Positions 45,076 to 54,587 of a stretch of 64,000 nt of DNA are shown here, piece by piece (the first letter of the stretch is position 1; the number at the start of each line of letters is the position of its first letter). The notes below the pieces were generated by a model. It saw only the letters and a list, made by a program, of their open reading frames with translations. It searched no databases and was not told the DNA's origin. Made by a program: the position numbers and the translations under genes. The stretch is from a virus (lineage: Duplodnaviria; Heunggongvirae; Uroviricota; Caudoviricetes): the IMG/VR virus record IMGVR_UViG_3300031951_000044. One strand, given 5' to 3'.

Positions 45076-45309
45076 TTAATTTTTATTTTCCAAAAGATAA
45101 ATTTTCCTTTCCAAATAAAATTTTGCTTTTTTTAAATCCTCTAACTCTTTATTGGGGTCTTTTTTACCTGATCTAGCGACATATTTAACTACGTTAAAAA
45201 GATAAGCGTCTTTTTCCAAAGACCATGCTTCACAAACTTTTATCACTTCATAGACATTTTCTTTTCCACCATAATGATTTGGGTGGTTAACCATTTCTTT
45301 ATTTTCCAT
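45076..45309 (-). CDS. DUF3310-family phage protein
   Basis: HPNHYGG...VIKVCEAW...KYVARSGKK...EDLKKAKFYLER. Confidence 0.55.
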   Translation of the reverse strand: MENKEMVNHPNHYGGKENVYEVIKVCEAWSLEKDAYLFNVVKYVARSGKKDPNKELEDLKKAKFYLERKIYLLENKN

Positions 45310-45349
45310 CTAAAATTTTACAGAAAAATAAAAAAAACAACTTAAATTG

Positions 45350-46174
45350 TCAACTAAATTCAAAGTTATCAATTATTTCGGATAACTCATCATATAAATG
45401 TTTTAATTGTTTAATAAAATTATCCCATAAAGGTTGATTATATTCTTTAAATAAATTTAAAACGACTAAATATTCTGGTATAATTTCATCATCAAATGGT
45501 TCAATTAGGTGTTGAAATTCAGATGTTAACTTTAGCTTTTCAAGTAAATTAGTAAAATCGTCAACATTTTCCTCTCTACCAGACATTTTTCTTATTATTT
45601 TTTTTGCTTTTGGTAGTATTTCATATCCTTCAGCAAGATGTACAACAATGTTTTTTAGAGTATTTTTTAAATCATTTAATTCTTCTCTATTATTAACATA
45701 ATTTAATTCATTCAAAATTTCATTATGTAATGCTTCTAGAATTTCGCCCGTCCACGCTCTAAATTCTATGCTGGTACCGTAATAAGTTTCAACGTTTTTA
45801 CTATCATAATAACTTAAATACTCATCAGTTTGTGACGTTGTTAAATCAGGGTCCGTTGCATGTAAAAACTCATGATATAGTTTATTATATAAATCCTTAT
45901 CAGATTTAATTAGTAAAGGATTTACAATAAGTTCAATATCAAACAATTTTTTATTTGTACTTACATCTTGAACGTGAGCATAATGATTTATAGATGTGTC
46001 CAAATAAACAGTAACCTCATACATTGTCCCATCGTCAACCCTAACAACAATATCATCAACTTTTTCCCGATTAAAAACTTTTTTTTTCTTTTTAAGTTTA
46101 AAAATTTTGGGAATTAAGTTTTTAATATTGCGTTTTGTCGCAATATCCAATCTATGACGTATTGTGTCACCCAT
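45350..46174 (-). CDS. hypothetical protein
   Basis: ORF. Confidence 0.5.
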   Translation of the reverse strand: MGDTIRHRLDIATKRNIKNLIPKIFKLKKKKKVFNREKVDDIVVRVDDGTMYEVTVYLDTSINHYAHVQDVSTNKKLFDIELIVNPLLIKSDKDLYNKLYHEFLHATDPDLTTSQTDEYLSYYDSKNVETYYGTSIEFRAWTGEILEALHNEILNELNYVNNREELNDLKNTLKNIVVHLAEGYEILPKAKKIIRKMSGREENVDDFTNLLEKLKLTSEFQHLIEPFDDEIIPEYLVVLNLFKEYNQPLWDNFIKQLKHLYDELSEIIDNFEFS

Positions 46175-46176
46175 TA

Positions 46177-46314
46177 ACGCTTATAGTACTTTTGAATTGT
46201 GTTCTTAATTGATTCACTTACAACTTTAGAATTTGATTGAACAGCTTGTTGAACTTGCTGTTGTGTCTGTTGTTGTTGAGTTGTTGTCTTATTTTTGCAT
46301 CCGCAGCCCATGTT
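46177..46314 (-). CDS. Q-rich mini-protein (45 aa)
   Basis: manual ORF MGCGCKNKTTTQQQQTQQQVQQAVQSNSK...; divergent from 46383 gene. Confidence 0.25.
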
Positions 46315-46382
46315 TAATTATTTTTAAGATATTTATTTATATAATAAATATTCTAGGATTTGGAATAAATAAAGATTAAACG

Positions 46383-47432
46383 ATGAAAGAGAGATTAAAA
46401 TTAATTAAAGAAGCGATTAAAGAGGAATTCAATAAAAATGTTTTTGTACTAAACCAGCCTATGTGGACGGTGTTTAACAATGATATTAATAAAATAATTA
46501 ACTTTTTAAACAAAAAAAATTATGATAGAATTGATATTCCGATGTCTTTATCAATTTATAACAATGAACTAACAAAATTACCGGATAACTTAAATATAAA
46601 TGGTAGTTTGATACTAATGGCAAAAAATTTAATAGAGTTACCAAAAAATTTAACGGTTCGTGGAAATATAGACGCTAGAGACACAAGTATTGTCAATTTA
46701 CCTGAAGATGTAACATTAATAAGAGGTAATTTTTATCCTAGTATAGAGTTGGGAAGTAAAAAAAGAAGAGACAATAATGAATGGAATCTTGATTTAGTAG
46801 CTAAAGATAGTGTTGGAGAAAGAGCAAATGCTTTATACAAATATATAACCAAAACCTTTGATGACTCAGAATTTGATAATATCAATAATTTTGATGTTTA
46901 TGATATCATTCCAGAACCAACTAAATACGAAAAAATGTTTCGATTTGAAATACCAAAATTAGATAATAGTGAGTGGGCGGTTGGAACATATTATGAAACA
47001 GAAGGTACAGCAATAGAATTTAAAAAAGATGAAATTGAAACCATTGTTGATAGTCTTGATATTGATGTGATTGAACCGTATTTAAATAAAAAACAAATGT
47101 TAAAAGACGCATTAGAATATATTTCAGATGCAATATATGATGACCCAGAAGGATGGGGAATTGATCCTGATGATATTGATGAAGATGGTGGATATAATGA
47201 AGATGTAATTTCAGAAAGAATTGATTTTTATTCTGAATTGGCTAGAGAAGATATTATTCAATTTTATAAGGATAATGGTATGGAAAATAAGATAAATGAT
47301 TACTTAATACTTAAGGATTTTGTTGCTGATATTATAGAAAGTGATGGTTTTGATTTCTTAGATCAATATTACAATAATATTGGTGAACAAAGAATTAATT
47401 TAAACGACTATTATATTGCGAGAATAGATTGA
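46383..47432 (+). CDS. LRR-like repeat protein with acidic C-terminal domain
   Basis: LTKLPDNLNINGSLIL...LIELPKNLTVRGNIDA...VNLPEDVTL. Confidence 0.5.
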   Translation: MKERLKLIKEAIKEEFNKNVFVLNQPMWTVFNNDINKIINFLNKKNYDRIDIPMSLSIYNNELTKLPDNLNINGSLILMAKNLIELPKNLTVRGNIDARDTSIVNLPEDVTLIRGNFYPSIELGSKKRRDNNEWNLDLVAKDSVGERANALYKYITKTFDDSEFDNINNFDVYDIIPEPTKYEKMFRFEIPKLDNSEWAVGTYYETEGTAIEFKKDEIETIVDSLDIDVIEPYLNKKQMLKDALEYISDAIYDDPEGWGIDPDDIDEDGGYNEDVISERIDFYSELAREDIIQFYKDNGMENKINDYLILKDFVADIIESDGFDFLDQYYNNIGEQRINLNDYYIARID

Positions 47433-47462
47433 TTTTTTTAACAAAAAAATTATTTTGTTTTT

Positions 47463-48221
47463 ATGGAAACAAAAAAAGAAGAATCTAAAGTAAATTTCAT
47501 GTTGAGTCCTGATTGGATTATTCAACAACCAATCGATTTTGAACATAAAAAATATGTCCTTTTATCATTTTTAAAGAAATGTGAGGAAAAATTCAGTCAA
47601 GGTGAAATTTATCCATATTTTATAGAATTGTCATTACATTTTGCAAATGCTCATGTTCTTGAAAAAGAACACAAAATATTTTATACAGATAAAGTATTCA
47701 AATCTGCGGATGATGAACTTTTGATAAATGAATTAAAGAGTATTAAAATTCCAGATTTTTCACCAAATGAGAATTTAGAATTAATAAAAATAAATAAATT
47801 TTTTGGACTCAGAATTTATGAATATTTTTCTGTTGCAAAATCAATGTGGACATTAGCGTTTGAATCCACAAACTTAAGATTTAAAAGAAATAAATCAAAT
47901 TGTGATTTGAATAAAGGTTTTGTTATTTATAAGAATTTATTTAATAAGAAAAATTATATTTGGGAATACTCAATTGAAAACGAAATAAAAAGTATAGATA
48001 ACAAATGTATATTTAATTTAATTCTTGAGATTGAAACTGAAATTAAGAGTCCACTAAGAACTATAAAAAAATACACAACATTTAATCAAGAAGTTGTTAA
48101 CTCACTACCAGTTATTGAAATGTTTTCAACACAGAACTTCCCTGTTTCTGGTACGCTGGCCCCCATTTTTAAAAGAAAACTTATGAGTTATATATATCAG
48201 AACAAGAGAAAAGAAGACTAA
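47463..48221 (+). CDS. hypothetical protein
   Basis: ORF. Confidence 0.5.
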   Translation: METKKEESKVNFMLSPDWIIQQPIDFEHKKYVLLSFLKKCEEKFSQGEIYPYFIELSLHFANAHVLEKEHKIFYTDKVFKSADDELLINELKSIKIPDFSPNENLELIKINKFFGLRIYEYFSVAKSMWTLAFESTNLRFKRNKSNCDLNKGFVIYKNLFNKKNYIWEYSIENEIKSIDNKCIFNLILEIETEIKSPLRTIKKYTTFNQEVVNSLPVIEMFSTQNFPVSGTLAPIFKRKLMSYIYQNKRKED

Positions 48222-48224
48222 AAA

Positions 48225-48515
48225 TTAAATTCTTTTTTTAATAATTTCAATAGCCTCACTTATTTCATTATAATCTCTACTTGGAGCAAAAAGTTCTGCT
48301 TTTGTTGTACCTTCTTCAATTATCATAAACGCGGGAACAAACTCGTTTTGTGTTACCTCCTTAAACAAATCATATTCCAACTCATTTTCATCAATATCCA
48401 AATCATGATATGTAATATTATTCTCAGATAACATATTTTTCATTATGTCGCAAAAAGGACAACCTTTCATTGTATAAACAACCAATATTTTATTTGTTTT
48501 CATTATTTTTTGCAA
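48225..48515 (-). CDS. glutaredoxin/NrdH-like redoxin
   Basis: VVYTMKGCPFCDIMK (CPFC active site). Confidence 0.6.
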   Translation of the reverse strand: MQKIMKTNKILVVYTMKGCPFCDIMKNMLSENNITYHDLDIDENELEYDLFKEVTQNEFVPAFMIIEEGTTKAELFAPSRDYNEISEAIEIIKKRI

Positions 48516-48873
48516 TTTTTTTTAAACCCATTATGAATAGATTTAAATCATTAATATTTTCTGGTTTATAAAAAATTTTAATTTTCGTTTCACCATTAAT
48601 TGACTTAAAGTATATAAACAGATTTTGAGTTGTTTTTATGATTATCTCCTCACTATCAATTTTAAATTCATTAATACTATTAACATTTTTATATTCAAAA
48701 TATAACTTATTATCGTTCTTTAATAAATCTTGATATTTGATTTTAAAACTTTCACCAAAACTAATGACGGAATGAAAAAATTTATCATTTCCCTTTAATA
48801 GATTCAATATTTCATAATCATTTTTAAAAAATAAAGTGGTAGTTTCGTTATACATTTTAATTAATTTAAACAA
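48490..48873 (-). CDS. hypothetical protein
   Basis: ORF. Confidence 0.4.
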   Translation of the reverse strand: MFKLIKMYNETTTLFFKNDYEILNLLKGNDKFFHSVISFGESFKIKYQDLLKNDNKLYFEYKNVNSINEFKIDSEEIIIKTTQNLFIYFKSINGETKIKIFYKPENINDLNLFIMGLKKIAKNNENK

Positions 48874-49133
48874 ATTTGACCAATCTTAGTTGAAATGAAT
48901 GTCTTGTCTATTTTTTTGTTTGTGGTTAATGCGACCACAATTTCAATTAATTGTTTTTTGGTTAATTCGGCTTCTTTGGTTTCTGCATAATTTTCATAGG
49001 ATTTATTCTTGATTTCTTCATAAAATTTTTCTCTATCGGACTCACCAATTAAAGCCAATAAATCATTAGGATTTTTTTCAAAAAAATTAATTATATTATT
49101 TAAATAAATTTCAACCTCAATATTTTTATGCAT
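48861..49133 (-). CDS. hypothetical protein
   Basis: ORF. Confidence 0.4.
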   Translation of the reverse strand: MHKNIEVEIYLNNIINFFEKNPNDLLALIGESDREKFYEEIKNKSYENYAETKEAELTKKQLIEIVVALTTNKKIDKTFISTKIGQICLN

Positions 49134-51114
49134 ATTTAATAACTAATATGTTTTTAATTTCCTCACTTCTTTTATCCAAATTAGGTAAATCCGCTAAATC
49201 CACCCATTGAACAGATTTCATTTCTAATAGCGATTCGGGTAATTTTACTAGGTTTGGATTATCTGATATGCTAAAAAATTCTAAATTTTCACAATTTACA
49301 ATTGTTTCTGGTAAAGTTTTCAAAACTCTCCTTAGAGTTAAAATTCTTAAGTTAGTAAAGTTACCAATATTATCTGGAATATCTATAGCTATATTTATAT
49401 TTTTATCATTGTTTTCAATATTAATAATTTCAACACTTTCTGGGATTGTTTCAAATATATTGTAATCAGGGTATAATCTAATTACTTTTGTAATTTCAGC
49501 GTCCGGTAATTTTATATCAACACTATTAGTATTAAATTCTGAAATACTTGATATTATTTCCTTCCTCATTGAGTTTTTTATTGTTGCCATTTCTGGTAAT
49601 AATAAGAATTCAATTTCATTTGAACTTAATTTATTTGATGAGGTTTTAATCGAGTTGGCTAGTTCTTTTATTTTCTGAAGTCTAAGTTCTTTCATTTTTG
49701 GAAGGTTCAGTTTAAGTAGAACAAAATCGCTAGGTGTTAAATCTTTTATTGATGCATGTTTAATATGCTCAAATCGTCTATTGATATAATAACTTCTAAC
49801 AGTAGATGGACTTCCAGAAATCATTTCTTTAGTAATATTTCTATCATTAGCATAGGATAAATATTTTTTCATTAAATCCGATGTTAAATTTAAATATTGT
49901 TCCGTAGTTAAAGTTGGTGAACCTATTTCAAGCCACATTCCCGTTACTTCCTCCGGTTTTTTATTAACTTCCGCCGCTATTCTATTAAAATATTCGATAG
50001 GATTTTCTCCAACCGCTGAACTAGATATATTTTGAAGTCTATTAACCATAATTAATTCCTCTTCACTAAATGGTCTCCAAATAAATAAATTTCTTAAATT
50101 TTTAATTCTTGGTATTTTTTCTACAATCGTATCCCAACTGGTAATGCGACTTCCTGAGAAATTACCACTATTTGTTATGTCAGCAAGATAATAATTAGTA
50201 TCATCGTCAACTAAAATAACAAAATATTTATTTATTGGCTCTTCCTCATTTAAATCAAAAACAAAGTACATTGTTCTTTCTTTACCCATCGAACCAAATC
50301 TGTATGAATAATAATAATTTGAGTCTTGAGGTGGTCTAGATATACACCAAGATGCTTTATCGGAACCTAATCTAACACACTGCTCTTTGCTTTCTGGTTC
50401 AAAGATAAGTAAATTATCTTTATTATATATTTTTTTTATACTACTATATTTTTCTTCACCTGAAAAATCACTTTTTTTAGTTTGCCCAAAAGTTCGATAT
50501 AAATCATCAAAAAAATATTCAAACTCTTGCTCGTTTTTAAAGTCTAATAAACTTTTTGCTTCAAGAGGTATACTAAACATATTTTCAGTAAAAAAACTTA
50601 TACTTGCAAGTAATATGTTTTCGTCTATATTTTTTATTTTTTTTGAAATCTTATCATAGATTATTTTTGAATAGTTACTTTGAACCATTTCTTTAAAAGA
50701 TTCAAAATCTTTAAAATTTTTAAAGTTCGAATCTTTTTCAGATAATTCGTCTTTAATTTCATTAAAATATTTTACAGTTTTCTTTAGCATTGGGTCAACC
50801 GTTCCGCCCATTACTTTCTTAAAGTAAGAAATAATATTTTCTTTTTGTTTTTTTGATTCTTTTTCACTTTCTTTTTCTTTAACTAATGATTTTAAATCCT
50901 CATAGTTATATTTAGTAATATCTCTCTGTGATGGTTCTAGTGATTGTTGGTAATTCTCAAATGAATTAATAATATTAACGATATTTTCATCGGAATCATC
51001 AGTTTCTTGTTTAAATTTGTCTAACATCGTTTTTTTAATTCCACTAGACAATTCATTTAACAAAATGGTGGATTCTTGTACTAGAATTTTTTTAAGAACT
51101 TCTAATGTTTTCAT
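49126..51114 (-). CDS. large hypothetical protein (662 aa) with C-terminal LRR-like repeats
   Basis: ...NLRILTLRRVLKTLPETIVNCENLEFFSISDNPNLVKLPESLL. Confidence 0.5.
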   Translation of the reverse strand: MKTLEVLKKILVQESTILLNELSSGIKKTMLDKFKQETDDSDENIVNIINSFENYQQSLEPSQRDITKYNYEDLKSLVKEKESEKESKKQKENIISYFKKVMGGTVDPMLKKTVKYFNEIKDELSEKDSNFKNFKDFESFKEMVQSNYSKIIYDKISKKIKNIDENILLASISFFTENMFSIPLEAKSLLDFKNEQEFEYFFDDLYRTFGQTKKSDFSGEEKYSSIKKIYNKDNLLIFEPESKEQCVRLGSDKASWCISRPPQDSNYYYSYRFGSMGKERTMYFVFDLNEEEPINKYFVILVDDDTNYYLADITNSGNFSGSRITSWDTIVEKIPRIKNLRNLFIWRPFSEEELIMVNRLQNISSSAVGENPIEYFNRIAAEVNKKPEEVTGMWLEIGSPTLTTEQYLNLTSDLMKKYLSYANDRNITKEMISGSPSTVRSYYINRRFEHIKHASIKDLTPSDFVLLKLNLPKMKELRLQKIKELANSIKTSSNKLSSNEIEFLLLPEMATIKNSMRKEIISSISEFNTNSVDIKLPDAEITKVIRLYPDYNIFETIPESVEIINIENNDKNINIAIDIPDNIGNFTNLRILTLRRVLKTLPETIVNCENLEFFSISDNPNLVKLPESLLEMKSVQWVDLADLPNLDKRSEEIKNILVIKYA

Positions 51115-51350
51115 TAGATTTTATAATTTTAAATTAATTTATTAATAAATATTAGCATTTCCCTTTAAATTTTTATATAAATAAATATTTTTTTATAAAA
51201 AAATGGAAACAAATAAAAAAACTTGTAGCAAATGTAAGAAATCGCCGGTGAAGTTCCAAAACCCGTTGGTTTTACTTGCCATTTACATATCACTAACATC
51301 GATTTATGGTAATTATTTATTTTTTAAAAAATTAATTAATTATCTTAGTA

Positions 51351-52277
51351 TTACTTTTTAAATCTAACGACTTTCTTTATCAATAAGTCACCTAGATGTC
51401 CACTTCCTCTAAAACCCTTACCCTTAACTCTTAGAGGAATTGACGTGTCGAATGTTTCCGGTAGCGTAATCGTTAGATTACCGCTTGGGTGAGGTATTTC
51501 TATCTTATCCAGATTTAACTCGTCTAATGTAAAGATTTTAGTATAAACAAGATCATTATCTATACGTTCAAAATTATTTTGAGGTTCAATATTAACTTTA
51601 ATTATTAAATCTCCATACATACTATTTTTAAAATCTCCTTTACCTTGAACTCTGTATAGTGACCCGTTTTGAACACCAATTGGTAAATTCATATTAAGAT
51701 TATCTGTCTGTGTTTTAAATCCATTACCTGAACAACTAAAGCAGGGATTAACAATGGTAGATCCATTACCGGAGCAAGTATCACATATTGTTTGGATTGT
51801 TTGTGAAAAAAATCCGTTTCCAGTTCTTTTTAGTTTGGTACCGGAACCGGAACAATCTGAACATTTTTTTCGTTCTCCACCATTTCCATTACAAGAATTA
51901 CATGCAATATTTCTTAAATATGTAATTGGTTTATTTATCCCCAAAAAAGAATCAACAACACCGATAGAAACAGTAATAATTTTCTCAGGTGCAGAAGGTC
52001 TTCTGGTTCTATTTTGATTAAATAGATGATTTAATAAATCGTTAATATCTCCAGCACCACTAGAAAAACCAAATGGATTTTTCCTTTGATTATCATACAC
52101 GTTTCTTTTTTCTGAATCGGATAAATTCTCATACGCCTCACTAATTTCTTTAAATTTATCAGCACCATTTGGATTTACATCTGGATGATATTGTTTACTC
52201 ATTTTACGATAAGATTTTTTTATCTCGTCAACTGATGCTGTTTCTGGTACTCCTAAAATTTGATAATAATCTTTCAT
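51351..52277 (-). CDS. dnaJ: DnaJ-like chaperone (J domain + CxxCxGxG zinc finger)
   Basis: YYQILGV...YHPDVNP (HPD); CNSCNGNG...CSDCSGSG...CDTCSGNG...CFSCSGNG. Confidence 0.75.
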   Translation of the reverse strand: MKDYYQILGVPETASVDEIKKSYRKMSKQYHPDVNPNGADKFKEISEAYENLSDSEKRNVYDNQRKNPFGFSSGAGDINDLLNHLFNQNRTRRPSAPEKIITVSIGVVDSFLGINKPITYLRNIACNSCNGNGGERKKCSDCSGSGTKLKRTGNGFFSQTIQTICDTCSGNGSTIVNPCFSCSGNGFKTQTDNLNMNLPIGVQNGSLYRVQGKGDFKNSMYGDLIIKVNIEPQNNFERIDNDLVYTKIFTLDELNLDKIEIPHPSGNLTITLPETFDTSIPLRVKGKGFRGSGHLGDLLIKKVVRFKK

Positions 52278-52922
52278 GATATGAATTACTTAATAGTTTT
52301 ATTTAAAAATAAAAAACAAAGAAAAATAATAAAGAAATTTAACACTTTCAATCGCGCAAAAGATTTTTTTAAGAAAAAAATAAAAGAAAGTGAATTAATT
52401 AAATTTCCGAAATTAATTGAAACTGGACGACCAATAGAGCACGAATTAGCTATTGTTGGAATTAAAAACACAAAACATAATATATTATATAAAAGAGATT
52501 CTGTGGGTAGGTCAATTAAAATTGAGTTGGAGGATAATACAAGAGAAATTATAGAGTTAAGTCCGTATAACTTAGAAGAACAAATTTTTGATATTAAAAA
52601 TCAAAAAAGAATATTTTTAACTGAGTTTATAGGCCGGTATTTACCTAAAAAAAATATAAAAATGGTTTCCAAACTAAACCATAAAATTATTGTTCAAAAT
52701 GAAGAAAAAATTAATCTTTTTTCATTAAAAAGTGAAGATGATGCTAATAGATTTATATTAATATTAAGCTCTATTTTTTTGGAGAATCGAAGAGTTGATA
52801 CTCTTTTTGTTAGAGATATAGATACACTACAAAGAAAGTATTTATATAACCTATTAATTGATGCTGGTTATGATAAACAAGCATTATATAGAAAATTTAC
52901 AACTCATCCTTCAAAAAAATGA
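52260..52922 (+). CDS. hypothetical protein
   Basis: plus-strand ORF between minus blocks. Confidence 0.45.
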   Translation: MIIIFHDMNYLIVLFKNKKQRKIIKKFNTFNRAKDFFKKKIKESELIKFPKLIETGRPIEHELAIVGIKNTKHNILYKRDSVGRSIKIELEDNTREIIELSPYNLEEQIFDIKNQKRIFLTEFIGRYLPKKNIKMVSKLNHKIIVQNEEKINLFSLKSEDDANRFILILSSIFLENRRVDTLFVRDIDTLQRKYLYNLLIDAGYDKQALYRKFTTHPSKK

Positions 52923-53118
52923 AATCAGTACCTGAAATATCGATTTTAAATTGATTATTTGTTATTACCATTCCATTTAATTCAGTTAAGACACTATTGT
53001 AAACACCTTCTTTTAGTTCAAAAACAACGGTTGTTTTACCCTCCAGTAAGTTCTGAAGTTTATCTGTTATTTCTGCTAAATCATTTAAAATCCTAGTACT
53101 TTTATTATTCGATTCCAT
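52897..53118 (-). CDS. hypothetical protein
   Basis: ORF. Confidence 0.4.
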   Translation of the reverse strand: MESNNKSTRILNDLAEITDKLQNLLEGKTTVVFELKEGVYNSVLTELNGMVITNNQFKIDISGTDFIFLKDEL

Positions 53119-53229
53119 ATTGAGATTGGTTTTTGTTTATGAATTAATTCTTCTTTTTTCACTAATTTTAGTTGTTGGATAATTTTTTGCTTTTCAAATT
53201 CAAGCTCAATTTTATCTTTCTCAATCTGG

Positions 53230-53646
53230 TTATTGTACCACGTCATCAATTTTGAGTTCTCCATCGTCTTCGGATATTTCTTTTATAACTTCAATTTTCA
53301 ATAATTTTAAAGAATCTAAATTATTTTGATCAAACAAAGCTTTCAATTCATTAACTTTATTTTTAAATAATTTTTCTTTATCTTCACGTTCCCTATTTAT
53401 CCTAATTATTGTTTTTATATTCTTAAGCGTATTACTTAAAGACTCTTCCTTAAATTCTGAAACAAATGAAAAAAATCTAAACTCACTATCTTGATTCTCA
53501 TTTTCAACAACTTTAGAATCCTCAATGACTGATTTTGGTATAACCCATTTAGATGGAAATTTTACATCTATTGCTAGATATTTCTCTAATTTTCTTATTG
53601 AAAATAGAAATTCAAATATATTATTTAATTCTTTAAAGAAATCCAT
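53230..53646 (-). CDS. hypothetical protein
   Basis: ORF. Confidence 0.45.
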   Translation of the reverse strand: MDFFKELNNIFEFLFSIRKLEKYLAIDVKFPSKWVIPKSVIEDSKVVENENQDSEFRFFSFVSEFKEESLSNTLKNIKTIIRINREREDKEKLFKNKVNELKALFDQNNLDSLKLLKIEVIKEISEDDGELKIDDVVQ

Positions 53647-53701
53647 ATTTTATGATGTTATATAGGTTATGAAATAACTAATGCAAGTCCCGATGAAGAT
53701 A

Positions 53702-53754
53702 AGTTCCCTACTACGAAAATCCATTTTCTTAGGTGGAGTTTGTAGTAGGGAACT
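53702..53754. other. 13-bp perfect inverted repeat with 27-nt loop (intergenic stem-loop)
   Basis: agttccctactac...gtagtagggaact. Confidence 0.6.
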
Positions 53755-53828
53755 CACAAAGTTTAATATTGTCCTTATGAGGACTAATGTTGAAAATACA
53801 AATAAGAATTTTTCAACATCAAATATCA

Positions 53829-54008
53829 TCAAGCTTCGGCTTTACGATGATTAATAATTTCCTCTCTTAGTTGTTGGAGGGTCGCTTTAATTGATTGTGC
53901 TGTTTTTCTTGCTCTTGTACCCGCAGAGTTATTTCCTTTTTGGAAAAATTTATTGGTATCCAATTCAAGTTCAGCAACTAATTGCTTAATTATTTCAATA
54001 GTATCCAT
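53829..54008 (-). CDS. small basic protein (59 aa), possible DNA-binding
   Basis: manual ORF MDTIEIIKQLVAELELDTNKFFQKGNNSAGTRARKTAQSIKATLQQLREEIINHRKAEA. Confidence 0.3.
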   Translation of the reverse strand: MDTIEIIKQLVAELELDTNKFFQKGNNSAGTRARKTAQSIKATLQQLREEIINHRKAEA

Positions 54009-54057
54009 TTTTTTTAATCTTTTTTTAGTTTATTTATATAAAAATAAGATTTTTAGG

Positions 54058-54534
54058 TTAAAGGTAAACAATATTTAAGTTTTTATCCAATTTTTTATAT
54101 AATTCGGTTAACATATCCAAATCAGATTTTGTATATTGTGCATTAATATCAAAAATATTATGATAAAATTTATCTATTGAATCTCTAACTATTTCATTTT
54201 TTTGGGTATAAAATGCGTCAATAAAAAAACTATAAAAATATTCTTTATGTTCACCGGTTAAATTAAAGATTATTTTTTCTTTTTTAAAATTTTGAACAGT
54301 TTTATTCCAACACCATTCGAAATGTTTAATTTTCTCATCATCATTTAAGATAATTGTTGTTTCGGTTTTTTCATCAAAACTACCCAAATACGTTTCCTGT
54401 ATTAAAGAGGTTAAACTAATTGTAAAATCGAAAAACAAATCAAGTTTTTCAATAATAATATTATTCATATTAAACCAAAGAGTAATATCCTCAGGATTTA
54501 ATGGTTTAGATATCCAGTTAATAAAATTCTCCAT
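54058..54534 (-). CDS. hypothetical protein
   Basis: ORF. Confidence 0.45.
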   Translation of the reverse strand: MENFINWISKPLNPEDITLWFNMNNIIIEKLDLFFDFTISLTSLIQETYLGSFDEKTETTIILNDDEKIKHFEWCWNKTVQNFKKEKIIFNLTGEHKEYFYSFFIDAFYTQKNEIVRDSIDKFYHNIFDINAQYTKSDLDMLTELYKKLDKNLNIVYL

Positions 54535-54587
54535 ATGTTTTTATCATATGGAGAATTTATAGTTAATTTAATAAAGTTTTAAAGTCT

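Noticed and set aside
53650-53832. ORF 53650..53832 (60 aa)
   Set aside because: Spans the 13-bp perfect inverted repeat; product hydrophobic/low complexity; the adjacent 53829..54008 small basic ORF is preferred.
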